This document shows, piece after piece, positions 1 to 13,743 of a stretch of DNA of 63,227 bases. A model generated the notes under the pieces. The model saw nothing but the letters and a program-made list of their open reading frames with translations. It had not been told where the DNA came from and did not search any database. The position numbers were made by a program, and so were the translations under genes. This DNA comes from Octopus bimaculoides. Lineage: Eukaryota. Position 1 is the stretch's first letter. Each line of letters starts with the position of its first letter. Where the stretch lies: positions 21,954,895 to 22,018,121 of the forward strand of contig NC_069001.1 in assembly GCF_001194135.2 (NCBI RefSeq), in the 5' to 3' direction.

Positions 1-137
1 TATATATATATATATATATGTATGTATATATATATATATACATATATATATACGCATACATAAACAAATGTATACACACATACATACACATACATTCATA
101 TACATTCACATACACACATATATAAGTCTCAGTGTTG

Positions 138-1325
138 CTAGTTTAGAGACTTTAGACTTGGTCGATATTCTCTTATGAGATGCATTTCCTTGCTAATGCG
201 TTCGTTTTGGCTAGCATTGTCTTTGAATTTGTATAAAGGAAACGTGAATTTGAGAAATTTGTTGGATGTACATTCATCGATGTGGTGGCTGAGAAGTATT
301 TTCCTGTATTCCAAAATTATAATTTGAGACTTGTGCACCTCCATCCTCTGACGTAAGCTGTTTTTTGTGTGTCCAATATATTGCCGTTTACATCCCGAGC
401 AGTAATTAAGTAAGTCAAATTCTCCGATGTACATGTAAAATTAGTTTCTATGGTGAAATTATGGCCTTGTTCTAATCGATGTTCCGATCCTTCTATTACG
501 TTGACACAAACCCACAGTTGGGTCTCCCGCATTTTTTTACTGTAGGTTTAGTGGTTATTGTTGAGTGTAATTTGGCCTGGGTTGAAATCTTTTCCTTGAT
601 TTTGGTTGTCTCTTACTTTTGAAGATTGCATGTGTTTTGAGGATTTGATTCATCTTTGAGGAGAGCCTTGCTGTGAAGTATTGTGTTGAGGGCTTCATTG
701 TTATGTGGGTTGTGAATGGAAATGTAAGGCAGGGTTTTCAATTATTCCTCCTTCTTTGGTCTTGGTTGTCTAAGTTCTTGTGTATTTACTTAAGTACCCG
801 TTGGATCGTATTGTTGATTAAGGGTTGTGGGTAATTTCTATTGATGAGTGTGGTCTTCAATTCCAGGAGTCGTGTGTAGCGGGTGTTTGTGTCTGAAATT
901 ATTGTGCATATTCTTTTGGCTAAACAAAATGGGATATTCATCCTGGCGGGTTTTTAATGCGAGAGGGGATTTCATAGGTGTAATTGTCTTACCAGAATGT
1001 GATGGCTTCTATTCCTAGGGTGTAGGAGATATTTGAATATAGGTTGACTACGTCGAAGGATACTAGCAGTGTTTTCTCATTAACCGGTTTTGGGAGGTTG
1101 TTGAGTATGTCCAGATCATCACTTAGATAGCTCTTTATGTGTTTGGGGAAGGGTTTCAGTAGAGTGTCCAGGAAGTTGCTGAGGTGGTGGGTTTCGCATG
1201 ATGGACCTGCTATTATTGGTCTCAGTTTCCCGTCATTAGGTGAGGAGACCTTGAAGATTATGTCTGTAGCTTCTTTGCATGCCTCGCTTATGAATCTGCT
1301 TTTGCGGATCTTGGGGATACCGTAG
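138..1325 (-). mobile_element. Penelope-like retroelement relic (RT N-terminal half, internal deletion, GIY-YIG endonuclease)
   Basis: Minus-strand reading from ~1320 gives GIPKIRK...LRPIIAGPSCETHHLSNFLDTLLKPFPKHIKSYL...LLVSFDVVNLYSNI (PLE RT). ORFs 317-532 and 138-434 give FTCTSENLTYLI / CSGCKRQYIGHTKNSLRQRMEVH...E...I....P.L (GIY-YIG). Stops and frameshifts are present. Confidence 0.88.
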
Positions 1326-1639
1326 AATAAACTAATTTACATAAACAGATAGTAGTAAGTTGCGATCACAGACAGTTCAACTTACCATGCCACCAAAACT
1401 AACGGAAATTACTACGTGCTCTTGCAGGAAAAAGGAAAGTAAACTATGAATGTTAATCTTGATTTTGATTTTAATTTTATTTTATTAATATCTCTTTTCT
1501 CTCTGCATATTCCATTTTAGTACATATTTTTGATAAGGTTTTTCGAAAACCGAAACATGTAAATGTATTTATATACAGGAAAATTAAAATGTACCCAATT
1601 TTAAGAAAGTAGCCATTTCGTTCTTGTTTCTCATGAATA

Positions 1640-1765
<126 letters not shown>

Positions 1766-3687
1766 AATCCAGAACAGCTAGCCGTTAGTCTCACGTGTTT
1801 ATGGCTTAGTATCATGTAATATGTTCCTGTATTCCTAATAGTTTTACGTGCTTATATAGGTGGAAGGAGATAAAGGTATCCTTTCAACATGTCAACCTTA
1901 ACCTATCACTTCTTACTAGTTTTTAGCTCCATACATTGGGGACACATCACATAAAATGGCTGGTACCATATCACTTGTCCAGTTTTCAACCCACGACCTC
2001 AGGATCCTAAGTCGTTGTCCCTAAATCTCTATTATGCTTTCAAAAATACTTAAGCACACGCACATGCACACAGACACAGACACACGCACGCACAGAGAAG
2101 CATTCACATAAATTCACATCTATACATACATCTGTACATACCTAGATACATCAATATACACATATATATGCATATACAAGCATATGCACACCTACCTGTA
2201 GCTATATTTATGTATGTGTGTGTCAATGTGATAGTTTTTCGTGTGTTTTCATTGTTTGGAAGGGGAAACATTTAAGTGGAAATTTATTCTCACATGTTAG
2301 TATATCAATTATATAGAAGACATATTATCCTCCTCTCTATTTACTTTAGTTGTAACGATAATATTTGTATCCGACCTCTTTTGACAATATCATGTCTCAC
2401 TGGTGCAAAACATTTTAGTGGTACATTAATTTTATTGTATTGGCAATAATTGAGTACGAGAGAAAAAGAAAGAGAGAGAAAGAGGGAGAGAGAGAAGAAC
2501 AAATTGACAATGTCAACTAGATAGGAACATTTTATGAAAATTAATGTTGTTTTTAATTCGTTGTAGTTCTGATAGAATGGAGAGGCGAAAGAATATTCTC
2601 ATGCAGATACGGTAAAACGATTCCACTATATTCATTGCCAACGGTGGTACGAAGCCGTTCTTCAAAAGTGCTGTTTTTACTTATTTGTTATTATTTATTT
2701 TTACGTTGTTTTATTCTGTATGTCTATGTGGCCCCAGAGAAGAGATCGATAAACTCAACCGTGTTCTTTTTTCTCAACTGGCATCTTCAGAGATCTTCAA
2801 CCACATCCAACACCATACACTTGATATGCGTTCGATTTGGGTTTCTGTCTAAGTATAAAACATTTTCTTTTTCTTCAATTTCTTTTCACAAGAGACGAAA
2901 CTTGCTTGAAATTCATTCCTATATTGTATAGAATATAGACAGACGCATGGACACCCGAATATATGTATGTGTGTACATGCATATGTGTGCCTATATAAAC
3001 TCATACATACACACGCTCACAGAGACGCACATATATATAAAGTTATACGCGAATTTTAACATTAAGTAGTTATTTCTTAAATTTGAATTGTACTAAAATA
3101 CTAACCCACCCATATATACACATGCATACATACATACATACATACATACATACACGCACACATACATACATACATATATACATACATAATTCATACATAC
3201 ATACACACATACATGCACGCACACACACAGACACACAGACACACACACACACATATACATAAGTAATTAAAAATATACTTATTAGACGCTAAATGCATAA
3301 ACTTTATCTGAATACTTTTTCTATCCTATCTCCGCCATATTATGCCGGTTACTAAGGCAATAAAGATAGCCTCATACTGGCTGTGGATTAGGAGACGTAA
3401 GTTTCAAACCTAAGCACCCCTTATTCTTGTAACCACTACTCCTGTTACTGTTAACAAACACAATCTGGGGTTCTGTCATCTCTGGCTGTGTTGTATGTCT
3501 GAAAATGTCTGATTGTTGTAGGCTTCGAGACACCAAAATAAAATAAGTGGCTTGTGCCCATATGCATCCCAAGATGATTTATCAAAAGAATATTCTTCTG
3601 TCTGCAATGAAAGCTGCTGTCAGGAAGAGACTGAGTGTTTAGCAAATGTTAAACTTCAGATACATTAAACAAATGATGGGAGGCATT

Positions 3688-4980
3688 AAGGGTTGCCAGA
3701 TAAGCCTGCAACTTTAGTATAGAAGAACAGGCAGCAAGCTATAGAACGACATAAAGAGACATAACGTGAGAAATTCTCGAGAATAAACATGGATGAAAAT
3801 CCAAAACAGACAGATCAACAGATGATGACTAATAGCATCAGAAAATAAAGAAAAAACAGTGTAAAAACATATTCGTAAGTGAAGAAACTGTGTGGACACA
3901 AAATTCACCGAGCAAAATTGAAATACGTGGACAGGCAACAGTTTCCACAATAGTCAGTAGTCCAATTTGAGGGGAGCAGAGAAAGGAATAGGCTCTGACT
4001 CAACTAATTGTTCTCGGAAATATTTGGTGTCTCAAAACTCAGAGCAAGAGAACTTGGACCTAAACTAAATAGAAGGAATCTTGGATTCAGCAGACAAAGG
4101 GGATGCTGAACATCTCTTTAAAACAATGACCACTCTTATATTCAATTTAGCAGCGGTTAGCTCCCCTGCTCTGCAGATGAAATGAACATTTCCTGAGCTC
4201 CAAATTCATGGAGTACACATGGACTAGAACATAGGTCAGTGAAATTTCAGAGATGGTTGGCGAACTGGTAGATCCAGCTTCAGCTTTGGCACTAATTGCA
4301 ATATTTTCCTGTGTCTTAATTCTGAACAAATGTGGTACACAAATCTGCAGCACCTTAATGTGATACAGAGTAGAGTCAAGAACGTGGCTCTGTATTCGGT
4401 ATGTGCAAAACTTTATGGATTCGCAGGGACGAAAATTCGGAGACTATCAGTCCGTTTAGAATTTCGTTAATCTGTGACGGATTGAAGATATTCTCTTGCA
4501 TTGTTGCATTGTGCAGCTGAAATATGACCTCTTGAGGAATCCTTATCGCAATACTTCGGGTTACAATGAGTATATTAAAAGAAAAATGAGTGCTTTGAAT
4601 ATTAGGAGGGTCGTTTAATTAACAGAGAAAATTTGAAAGAACAAAAGATAACTCGTAGTGTTGTGACAGGCCCTTCCAAATACACATGGGCCCGCATCCC
4701 ATAGTCTGATTGAAGAGGATTTGTAAAAGCACTATGTTCCAAAGTGACTCAGGGATCTCATTCTGGACTGAGACAGGCAATGTTCGTTTGAGAGTCTGCT
4801 GCTTCTATAATACCAGAGTGATACAAGCTTATGAACGGTATTATTTATGTATGTAGCATTGTAACGATTCCTTTCACGTTTGCTACAAGCATCTAAGTAA
4901 ATTCCACTGAAATGCAGTACATAGGTTAGCTCATTATGCCTGATGTCTGATAGCCACAACCAAATTCGGCAGAATGAGTA
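3688..4980 (-). mobile_element. Probable highly decayed hAT (Blackjack-like) transposase relic
   Basis: AGGGTTGCCAGAT at ~3689 points inward and resembles Blackjack TIRs. Minus-strand fragments HKLV...SSRLSNEHCLS (cf. TRWLS), MFSIP and HVYSMNLELRKCSFH weakly resemble the hAT C-terminal region. Similarity is weak and judged by eye. Confidence 0.3.
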
Positions 4981-5857
4981 TTAATGCATAACTGAGCAGT
5001 TGTATCGACTGGTATCCCGTTAATTATGGATAATATGTTGTAGAGTTGTTAGAGGTACGGTTTGAAAATTTTGAATGATTGACAGCAAATTTTATAAGTA
5101 CAATAAACGAACGATATCTATTACTTTGAATCGTAAAATTTTAGTATATATTCTCTATGGTTTTATAGGCAACTGCGTTTTACTTTGAAGTAGTTTCACT
5201 ATTTTCCAGACATGATATCAACAATGAATCCATATTGACGTGACTGGAAAGCCATTATGTAAAACTTGCTCTTCACGTTTAATCTAATCTCATTTTTAAT
5301 GTGAATGATTATGTCGTTAGGATCAAACGTTTTATGGAAACAAATCTCATTTGACTAAATGAACTGAAAATAAAAAAGATAAAAATACATATTGTTAATT
5401 AAAAAATTTAACACGTAATATCTTTCGACTACAATGGTCATAAAGGTAAGCTCGATAATATTTCTTAGTTGGGCGAGTTTAATTTCAGAAGAAACTCAAA
5501 CATTTTTAGTTAAAGAGGTATATTTTTAGCTCGTGATTTAAATAAAATTGGGGAAGAAGCTTAACATGTTTACGATAGTCCAGATGATAATTTTTAAGCG
5601 TAATTCCATCACAATGGTTGTCTTCTTTATCATTGTGTCCTTCACTATATATAAACATCATTTTTCTCAAAATTTAATCCACGCTTTTGTCAATATGATT
5701 TGGCCATTGTGACAACAATTATGAAGACGATGCATTTTCATATGAGGCTCAAATTATCATACTAGTGAAAATTTATCCACTTTGTAAAATTAAGAGACTA
5801 CAGAAAGCTCTTCATTTCGGGGATTTTGATTTTGTTGTCACAGAAACAATCACCAAA

Positions 5858-6082
5858 GAATAAACCTTTCTACTAAAGGCACAAGGCCTCAAATAGCTGT
5901 ATGTGTGGGGCACTAATCGATTTCATCGACCCTAGTGTTTCACTGGTACGTAATTTATCGACTCCGAAAAGACAAAAGACAAAGACGACCGCGGCAGAAT
6001 TTGAACTCAGAGCGTGCAGACGGACGAAATGCCGCTAAGCATTTTGTCCGGCATGCTAATGATTCTGCCAGCTCATTGCCTT
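5858..6082 (-). mobile_element. tRNA-derived SINE, family A
   Basis: Reverse complement begins GGCAATGAGCTGGCAGAATCATTAG (A box) ... GAGTTCAAATTC (B box). Homologous to copies at 12915, 34315, 36303 and 45917. Confidence 0.85.
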
Positions 6083-7000
6083 AATCACCAATAAATTATA
6101 AAAACTAATGTATTCAATTCGTTGTTTTTTCTGTTGCTTATCTGATTAAAAAATTGTAGAATTCTGCATTTGGTTTTTTCTATGCATTCATTCTTTCAGT
6201 CATTCATTCATTTATACACGTAACATTAAATGGAAGAAAAGAAAATACCCGAAAAATATTTGTAGAAAATTCATGAGCTTATTACATATTATCTAACAAT
6301 CATCAGTGTGTAAAATTTTAGGCAGAAATATTCTGTCTATAACATTTTTAACAGCATGCCCGACCCATTGCTGTTGTATTGTGTCAAACGGCCTTGATCG
6401 ACTAGACCTGCATCACAACGAACTTGTATGATCGATAGTTATGCTTTATATAGCAAAATATATCTTACCGCATATTACTTTTGCATTTCGGATTCTTCAT
6501 ATATATATATATATATATAACGCGTGCTGCGCTCACGTGTGTGTGTGCATGTATGTATGTATGTATTAGTTATTAGGATTCTGTAGAATCCAGGAACATC
6601 AACACATAGGACAAACACCAGAAATTGTTAGGTACAATAACAGGGGGTTCAGAGTGAGGTAAACAACGTTGAATACATCAAGTTTTGGTATGATACAGTA
6701 GATATGGACTTACAAAATCCAATTTAAACCGCAGATCCCACTCGAGGGTTGCTTCTTGGTGTGGCGTAGCTATAAAAGAAAAGGTAAATTTATGGCAGCT
6801 GTTTCGGTAGAATTTTATCAATGTATGTATAGATTACATAATAACATATAATCCACTATTTTCTGGTAAAATTGTTAACCAGTAAGACTTTATACAGGTG
6901 AGATTCCATACCTTAACCCGGACAAATCCAATCTCGTCGGATTTGGAATCTCATTTGTTTGAAATCCAACATATTCATACATATATGCATACATACGTGC

Positions 7001-8355
7001 ATTCAGGAACAGGAAATATCAACCAAATACCTGACGCACCAAAGGGGCAGATATGTAGGAAAAGCAGTAAAATATGATAACTGATGCAGACTTTGTGGAG
7101 TAAACACTGAAGTTATCACCCACATCGTAAGCAGTTGTACGAATATGTCGTCATAGCATTATCTACCGAAGAGACATGATGCTGTAGCTACGACAGTGTA
7201 TAACGAAATCCGTCGAATGGATAACCCTGAGGACATGGAAATAAGAACTCACAGTATGGTGGAAGCCATAGCCCCTCAAAATAAAAAAGAGCACTGCTGG
7301 AATGCCCCAGTGAAAACCTCAATAAAATGTAAACACAATAGACCTAATATAATGATTGGGATAGAGAAGAGAAACTGTGTACAGTTATGGATACCATCTG
7401 CCCAGCGGATGTTAACATAAAGCTGAAGCTCAGTGAAAAAAAGACCTACGCCGAACTATTGAGAAATCTACAGTCACTCTAACCAGATTTCAATTTCAGG
7501 TTTATACCTTTAATTATTGTGGCACTGCGATATGTTTTTCTTGGCTTGGTTACGCTGACGAAGATTAGGAAGGCTGTTGTCCACGTCGTCTGCACGGTCG
7601 TTCGGAGCTGATAGGGCCAATGTGGGATCGACATATTCGATTGCAGTGATGACAGCAGTATGGTTGTTCAGGGTCTGATGATGCAGTCGTGTTGTTTTTC
7701 GCCTTAGTCGTTTGTCTTCAAGAGAGGCACTACGAAAGACCTCAAAGGAGGAACAACATCGCTGACGGTGTGACGCCAAGCGACGCGGTCAGTTGTTAGA
7801 GTGGACCACTCACGATAATCAATGTCGCAAACGATAAGAGACTGCTCCAAGAAGTCCTTGGAACGCTTTCCTGACGTATTGCAGTGGACGGTGGTGAGCT
7901 AACTGTACATGATAATCTTTCATCCTGTCAACGTGCCCTGCCCAACGCAGTTGTGTCTTAAGTAAAATGGCTTCTAGGCTGGGGACATTTGCTCGCTCGA
8001 GGACCTCAGATACTACTTTTGAGACATTAGGTTTCTCAAAATCAGAAAGGAGAAAGCTGATTCGAGGACTACAGATCTGGAACCGTAAAAGTCTATAAAA
8101 CTTTCCAGAAATTTATCTGAGTATATGTGAACATGTCTAGATATGCAACTATATGCTTGAGAATATATACATACAGTAAAATATACAAATCGACACGTAT
8201 ACATACATACATACATACATACATACATACATGCAAACAAAAATACCCTTTTGCTGATGTTGAAATTACACTGAAAAAGTCTTCAAACTAGGTTAGAAAC
8301 CGGCTCTTTCTCTATTGGCAAGAAATTTTAAAATAAAATTGAATAATAAATGACA
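7001..8355 (+). mobile_element. R4/Dong-like (RLE-type) non-LTR retrotransposon 3' fragment, interrupted by an RTE insertion
   Basis: From 7001: IQEQEISTK...CRLCG..E.I.HIVSSC...YLPKRHDAVA (CCHC knuckle), KHNRP(N/D)I (RLE nuclease), FIPLIIVAL. Resumes at ~8014 with LGFSKSERRKLIRGLQI...TVKVYKTFQKF. The 3' UTR matches the copy at 59545-59975. Confidence 0.82.
7536..8013 (-). mobile_element. RTE-clade LINE, 5'-truncated 3' end
   Basis: Minus strand: EVLERANVPSLEAILLKTQLRWAGHVDRM ... DRVAWR ... CHHCNRICRSHIG, followed by the tail CCAAGCCAAGAAAA. This is a typical RTE C-terminus. Confidence 0.85.
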
Positions 8356-9388
8356 TATATACACACATACATTTATTATGTCTATTCTCCAGATAAAGAA
8401 ATTTCAAACGCGTGGACCAGACAACAGGAATGCAGTAGTAAGCGAGAAACAAAGGAGAGTCCTGGCAAAGGAGACAATAGGTGTCTTGATTAAATGAAGT
8501 AAAGTGAAAGTAAGGAAGTAAAAGTTGATGTTGGAAAAAAGGGAGAACTCTTGTCATGTGGAACCAGAGTCTGGATTATAATTCAAATGAAGGGAATCAA
8601 CGTTTTAAGATCATTTTTGCAAAGAAACGAATTGGGGTCTTTGAAGAAACCAGATTCAAATAATTTTAAAATGACAATAGTATAACATGGCTTGGGTGGA
8701 AAATTATCAAAATAGAAGTGGCCCATTTGCTGAGAAAGATGGGAAATCCTTTTCCAAACAATGCTTTCTAAAAGCTTCCACACACAGAATTTGTGAAGAG
8801 GAAATTGTTGTTATACCTAGAAACATGCTATTATTTTTTTGCTTTGTGTTTTCAAGGGAGCAGTATTTGCCTATACCAATTTTTAGCAAAGGGGAATATT
8901 TCTTCACGTTGGCTAATTTCAAACTACGAATACCTGATCATGAGGCAAGCCATTCTCATAGAACTTGCATAAAGCTATATTTGAACCTTTTAGTTCAATT
9001 CCCGTATTCGACATCAACAGGAACTGAACTTCAGCAGTTAACTTTTGTGGAACATCTTAATTGTGTGGAAAGTTATAATTGTGTGGATTGTCCATTTCTG
9101 ACAAAAGAGACTCTGGTCTTTCGTGGGTTTCAAGGAGAAGAAATAATTATTTTATCGGAGGCAATTTGTAAATAGACAGGAAACACGACCTAACATTTGG
9201 TTAAGTATGATGTAATTTCATCGGAACACTTGCAGAAAAAAAAAAAAGAAACCAAAATTGTTTGTCTACATGTCTACCAAAACTTGTTCTAACAAAAGAA
9301 ATGTTCGATGCCGTAGGAGAACCTGTCCAGAAAAAAAATGTAATTTTTGAAATTAAGGATGCAATATATTTTAGAAAAATGTTGAATT

Positions 9389-10110
9389 GGATCTTTCTGA
9401 TTTGGCGGGCGCCACTTGTTTTCTTACCGAAACATTTTCAAACTTGGGACACTGGTAGAATGCGTCATATAAAACATCTTTTACTCTTAGTGTTATTGAG
9501 AAAATTTTATCTTTTTAAAGTTATTTCGTGTTAAAATTGTCGTATTTCGGTAATTTCAACCAATCACTGACGTCTATTAAGGTGAAAACAATTACTGTTG
9601 TGGAATGTAAACAACACGTTGTGCGGTGTTATGGGATCTTTTTCCTTGAATAAAATTAGTGCCGATGTTTGTCAACAACAACTATCGTCGGAACTGTTAT
9701 TTATGACATCGTTCGTGCGTTTGTACTGGTTTTCGCTTTAGGGTTTTAGGGTTAGGGTTAGGGTTAGGGTTAGGGTTAGGGTTAGGAGTATTTTGGCAAA
9801 AATACTCATCCCCCTAACCCTAACCTTAACGGCACCTATTTTATTCAAGGGAAAAGTTTCCATTACACAGCACAACGTTTTTTTTGACAATCCATAGCAG
9901 TAACTGTTTTCACCTCAATAGACGTGAGTGATTGGTTGAAATTACCGAAGAACGACAATTTTTTTTACATGAAATAACTTCGAATACAAAATTTGCTATC
10001 AGTTCTATAACACAAAATATACAAGTATACGAAGTTTTAAAGTTTTTTGGTAGAAAACACACTAGATAAAACATAAATAAAAAGTGGCACCCGCCAAATC
10101 AGAAAGATCC
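9389..10110. mobile_element. Non-autonomous fold-back DNA element (MITE) with central telomeric repeats
   Basis: Termini GGATCTTTCTGATTTGGCGGG(C/T)GCCACTT are inverted with 1 mismatch. ATT flanks both ends. Further inverted arms lie at ~9520-9665 and ~9830-9985. (TTAGGG)n at 9738-9786, CCCTAA repeats at 9811-9828. Confidence 0.9.
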
Positions 10111-10289
10111 ATTGAATTCAACTCCAGATATTCCCCAAGAAGTTCAATTCCTAAAATTGCACGTTATGTTCATATTGGTGAAAATAGAAAAGTGAAATGA
10201 ATGAGTTATTTCTGAGATTTTTTTGCGTATTAAGTGGAAATATGCTGCCAGATTGGTATATAAAATTTATGAGAAATTAGAAGCCATAA

Positions 10290-10560
10290 TTTGCAACCAA
10301 TGACTGTCGTAGCCAAAGGTACGATAACGCAGGTGTTCAACAAAAGATCTTGAAGTTAACCAAAATGATGTGCTTGAGAACTTCTTGAACGGCAGCCTTA
10401 ATTTGGTGAGTTTCCATGCATTGAAGTTTTTGGAACATGTTTTAGAACTCTGGAAAAACTCTTTACAATTGTCACCTTTTTATCTTTTCTCTTTAGAAAG
10501 TGCTATAAACATACGGTAAAAAACAATGAGGTTACTGCCAAGATTCCAGGAAACTAATGC
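10290..10560 (+). mobile_element. Probable hAT (Tip100/ZMYM1-like) transposase fragment
   Basis: Frameshifted motifs CRSQ-(G)YDNA, GVQQKI and SLNLV resemble the hAT catalytic region CRGQGYDNA...GVQ...HSLNLV. Confidence 0.4.
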
Positions 10561-12914
10561 ACGGAAAGTGTTACAATTTTGTGGAAATTTTGGTACGTGG
10601 TTTTATCATCAGCGGAGAAAGCTTCAAGACGTTTGCCGAAAATAGGGTTTCATGAAGTTTGTTGTGATATAACAGGGCTTATTTAACGCTAACATTTGGA
10701 AAATGAGGAAGTCCAATAGAATACTAATGTATATTGTGAAAATGTTGGAAACGAAAATGGGACAAAAGAATGGTGCCTTGAGAACAGAGTAATGGTAGCG
10801 ATCGTCAATCGATTAACAATTAAAATGGAAGATTGCAGAATTACCCTTCTCGACGTCACAGATCGATTTTCATTTCTTCTGAATATAAATTCAGTCGTCA
10901 TTAAGGATAAACAAAAGAAAAAAAAACTTTAAAAATGAATGTTCAGACTTTACAAATAATGATAATTGTTGGAAAGGTATTCAGTTATATGAAACAATTA
11001 TTAGTTTTGCAGTCGAAGCTACATTATGGAAGTCATGTCTTCTTTACGATGTGCAATGCATACAGACTATAGCTTACTGTTGCATTTTCAATCACAAGTT
11101 GTGAAAGGTTATTTTCGAAGCTGAAATTAATACAAACGTATTTAGCCTTCTATGTCACCATAGGGACAGACTAACTAGATCTTGCTCAATACTGAAGAAG
11201 AAGAATTCTCATTTGATATACATATTTCAAGAGGTCTTCCTCATTCCCATTTCTCAGGAATAAAATCTATGTCTTGGGCCCGGGGCATATAATCAAGGTT
11301 TTCCCCTCGGACGTCATCAAACTTTTAAAATATATCATACATTTTACTGAATGCCATTCATTGTTCTTCCAAATTGAAACACATTCTCCGATACTTGTTT
11401 GGAAAAAATTGTTTCACTTAATCTCGAATGTTTATCTTACGAATTGACAAAGCTGCTAGATTTCGGGTTAGATTTCTTTGTCATGTTTTTTTTTCTGATT
11501 CGCTGTACTGTGTGATCAAATCTCACGAAGGTTATGTTTGCATTTCACCATCAATCCAAGTTTCTTGAATAGTGAAGCCGTGAGGATGTCGGATTAGATG
11601 ATTTGAGGTGTTTGCCCATCCACTTGGTGTTCCGAGTCCAAATCGGGCAAAGGTGTAAAAGGTTGGTGGACTTATGATATGTTGCTCGCTTTAACATCAT
11701 ATTCGATATCTTCGGCCCTTTTAAAGGAGTTCGCTATGGTTTAAGTTTTCAGACCAAGTTTTCGGTTTGAGTGTACCTTCCTTCCTTCTGCTCAGTACAC
11801 AGGAATATCTTGTAAGCACTCATGAGTATAGCCTTCTGACCTGACTAAAAAAATTTTAAAAATCATAAACAGAAATCCAAAAGGAATTTCAGAAAAAAAA
11901 ATTATGTAGAGTATAATATGATTAGAATTTTTACAGTTGAATCTCCATTTGTTATTGCGCCGATGTTTCCAAAAAGTATTCGAAAAATTAAATACAACAA
12001 AACAAAGCATTAATTTCAAAATAAAATCCTTTTGTTGCTGTATGTTTTAGTATTCTGTTACAAATTGTTTTTGATTTCATTTGTTCATTATTTCCAAAGT
12101 ACTCTTCGAATTTTTCAGACGATTTGTCCCGGAGGAATAACATCCTAATAATATAATAATGATGAAATAAAATATGATATTGCTTTGCAAAACATTATCG
12201 TATTCTTTGTGTCGAATAAATGTGGTGCTTGCGAGTGTGCGCAGAGTGAGTGTGATTTGCTTATATTATGCATTATACATTGTGTAAGTGAAATTGTTTT
12301 ACTTATTTCCTTCTCTCAATTCGGCATTATTATATTGTTTAGTGTGATGTTTAGCAATATTTCGTGTTTCTTGTTTCTGATAGCAAGAATAAAAGAAGGT
12401 CGATTATTCAGATACTAGATTTAGTTTATATCTTTAGAAACTTTACAATGTATCTCAATGTTTTGAAATGTTGCCTGCATAATGGAGTATCGGGTGTGAT
12501 CTGTTTGAAATTGTGTGCCTATTTTGCGGGTTTGTTGGGTGATCGCATAAATAGAATTAATATATGTATTTGTTAGAACGAAAACTTATGGTCAACAGTT
12601 CCGTCAAGTACACAGTGTACATGCGTTATAATATAAATTTACCCGGATATCATAATCTCTAAAACATTTCTATAATCATTATTTTATGTTATTTTTATAG
12701 TGGCTTTAGAATTACGATTTCTGTGGGAAATGTTTTCAAAATATTTGCTTCTGTCAATAGAATATAAAATAGTGAAAATTGACAGTATTTTATTGTTAAA
12801 TCTCTTTTGTATTCCTTACATGAGATTTTCAATGAATATGTCTATTGGTAGCATGTATGAATTTTTCTAGAATAATTCTGAAACTGTTGTACTGTTTGTT
12901 TTGGTTTATTTATT

Positions 12915-13130
12915 AAAGCGGTGATCTGGCAGAATCTTTACCACTCCGGGAAAAATGCATAGTATCATTTCGTTCATCTTTGCGTTCGGTGTTTGAATTC
13001 CACCGAGGTCAAATTTGCCTTTCGTATATTCGGAGTCGATAAAATAAGAACTAATTGAGCACTGGGGTTGATGTAATCGACTCTCTGTTTCCCTGGACTT
13101 GCTAGCCTTGTACCGAAATTTGAAACCAAT
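12915..13130 (+). mobile_element. tRNA-derived SINE, family A
   Basis: GCGGTGATCTGGCAGAATC...GAGGTCAAATTTGCCTTT...GAGCACTGGGGTTGATGTAATCGACT...AAATTTGAAACCAAT; homologous to other family A copies. Confidence 0.85.
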
Positions 13131-13420
13131 ATCTAATGTGTTCGATTTACAATTTTAGGAAATAATTTGTGGGTAATCTATCTGCTATTTATTACACATT
13201 GATCTCATGCGTAAAATCTCCTTCGGTGCCACGTTACTGTGAGTTTGGATAGGAGTGAGTTTTTTGCATGAAATTGCTAGAATAAATATGTTCTTTGAAA
13301 ATCTATATTTTCAGATTTAAAAGATCAGTCACTGAGCTTAATGGTAGAGAGCATTTATCTGGTGTTTGAGAAATACGGTGTCTGATTCTTTGTAGCGGCC
13401 TGCTTTTAAATATAATATAT

Positions 13421-13743
13421 CACGTGGCGCTTGGTTAAGTTATTAGGGTATTATGCAGACGATCCTTAGGCAACAAGTTCGATTCCCGGCAGCGTGTTGT
13501 GTCCTTGAGCAAGACACTACTTCAAGTTGCACCAGTTCGCTCAGCTAGCAAAAGTTAGTTGTACCTGTATTTCAAAGGGCTAGCATTCTCACATTATGTG
13601 TCACATTGAATATCTCTGAGAACGACGTTAAGGGTACGCGTTCCTGTGGAGTGTGAAGCAACTTGCATGTTAATTTCACGAACAGGCTATTCCGTTGATT
13701 GGTAAAACCGGAACCCACATCGTCGTAATATGCAGAGTGTCAG
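13421..13743 (+). mobile_element. tRNA-derived SINE, family B (with GTGTCCTTGAGCAAGACAC core-like block)
   Basis: A-box-like TGGCGCTTGGTTAAG, B box GTTCGATTCC, then the central block. A related head occurs at 33500-33613 (-). Confidence 0.8.

Noticed and set aside
8687-9175. 162-aa ORF
   Set aside because: No recognisable domain, splice context or codon signal; possibly an unrecognised transposon remnant.
9738-9828. True chromosome end-to-end fusion site
   Set aside because: The arrays are short and enclosed by TIRs, long inverted arms and a 3-bp duplication, so a transposon origin is more parsimonious.
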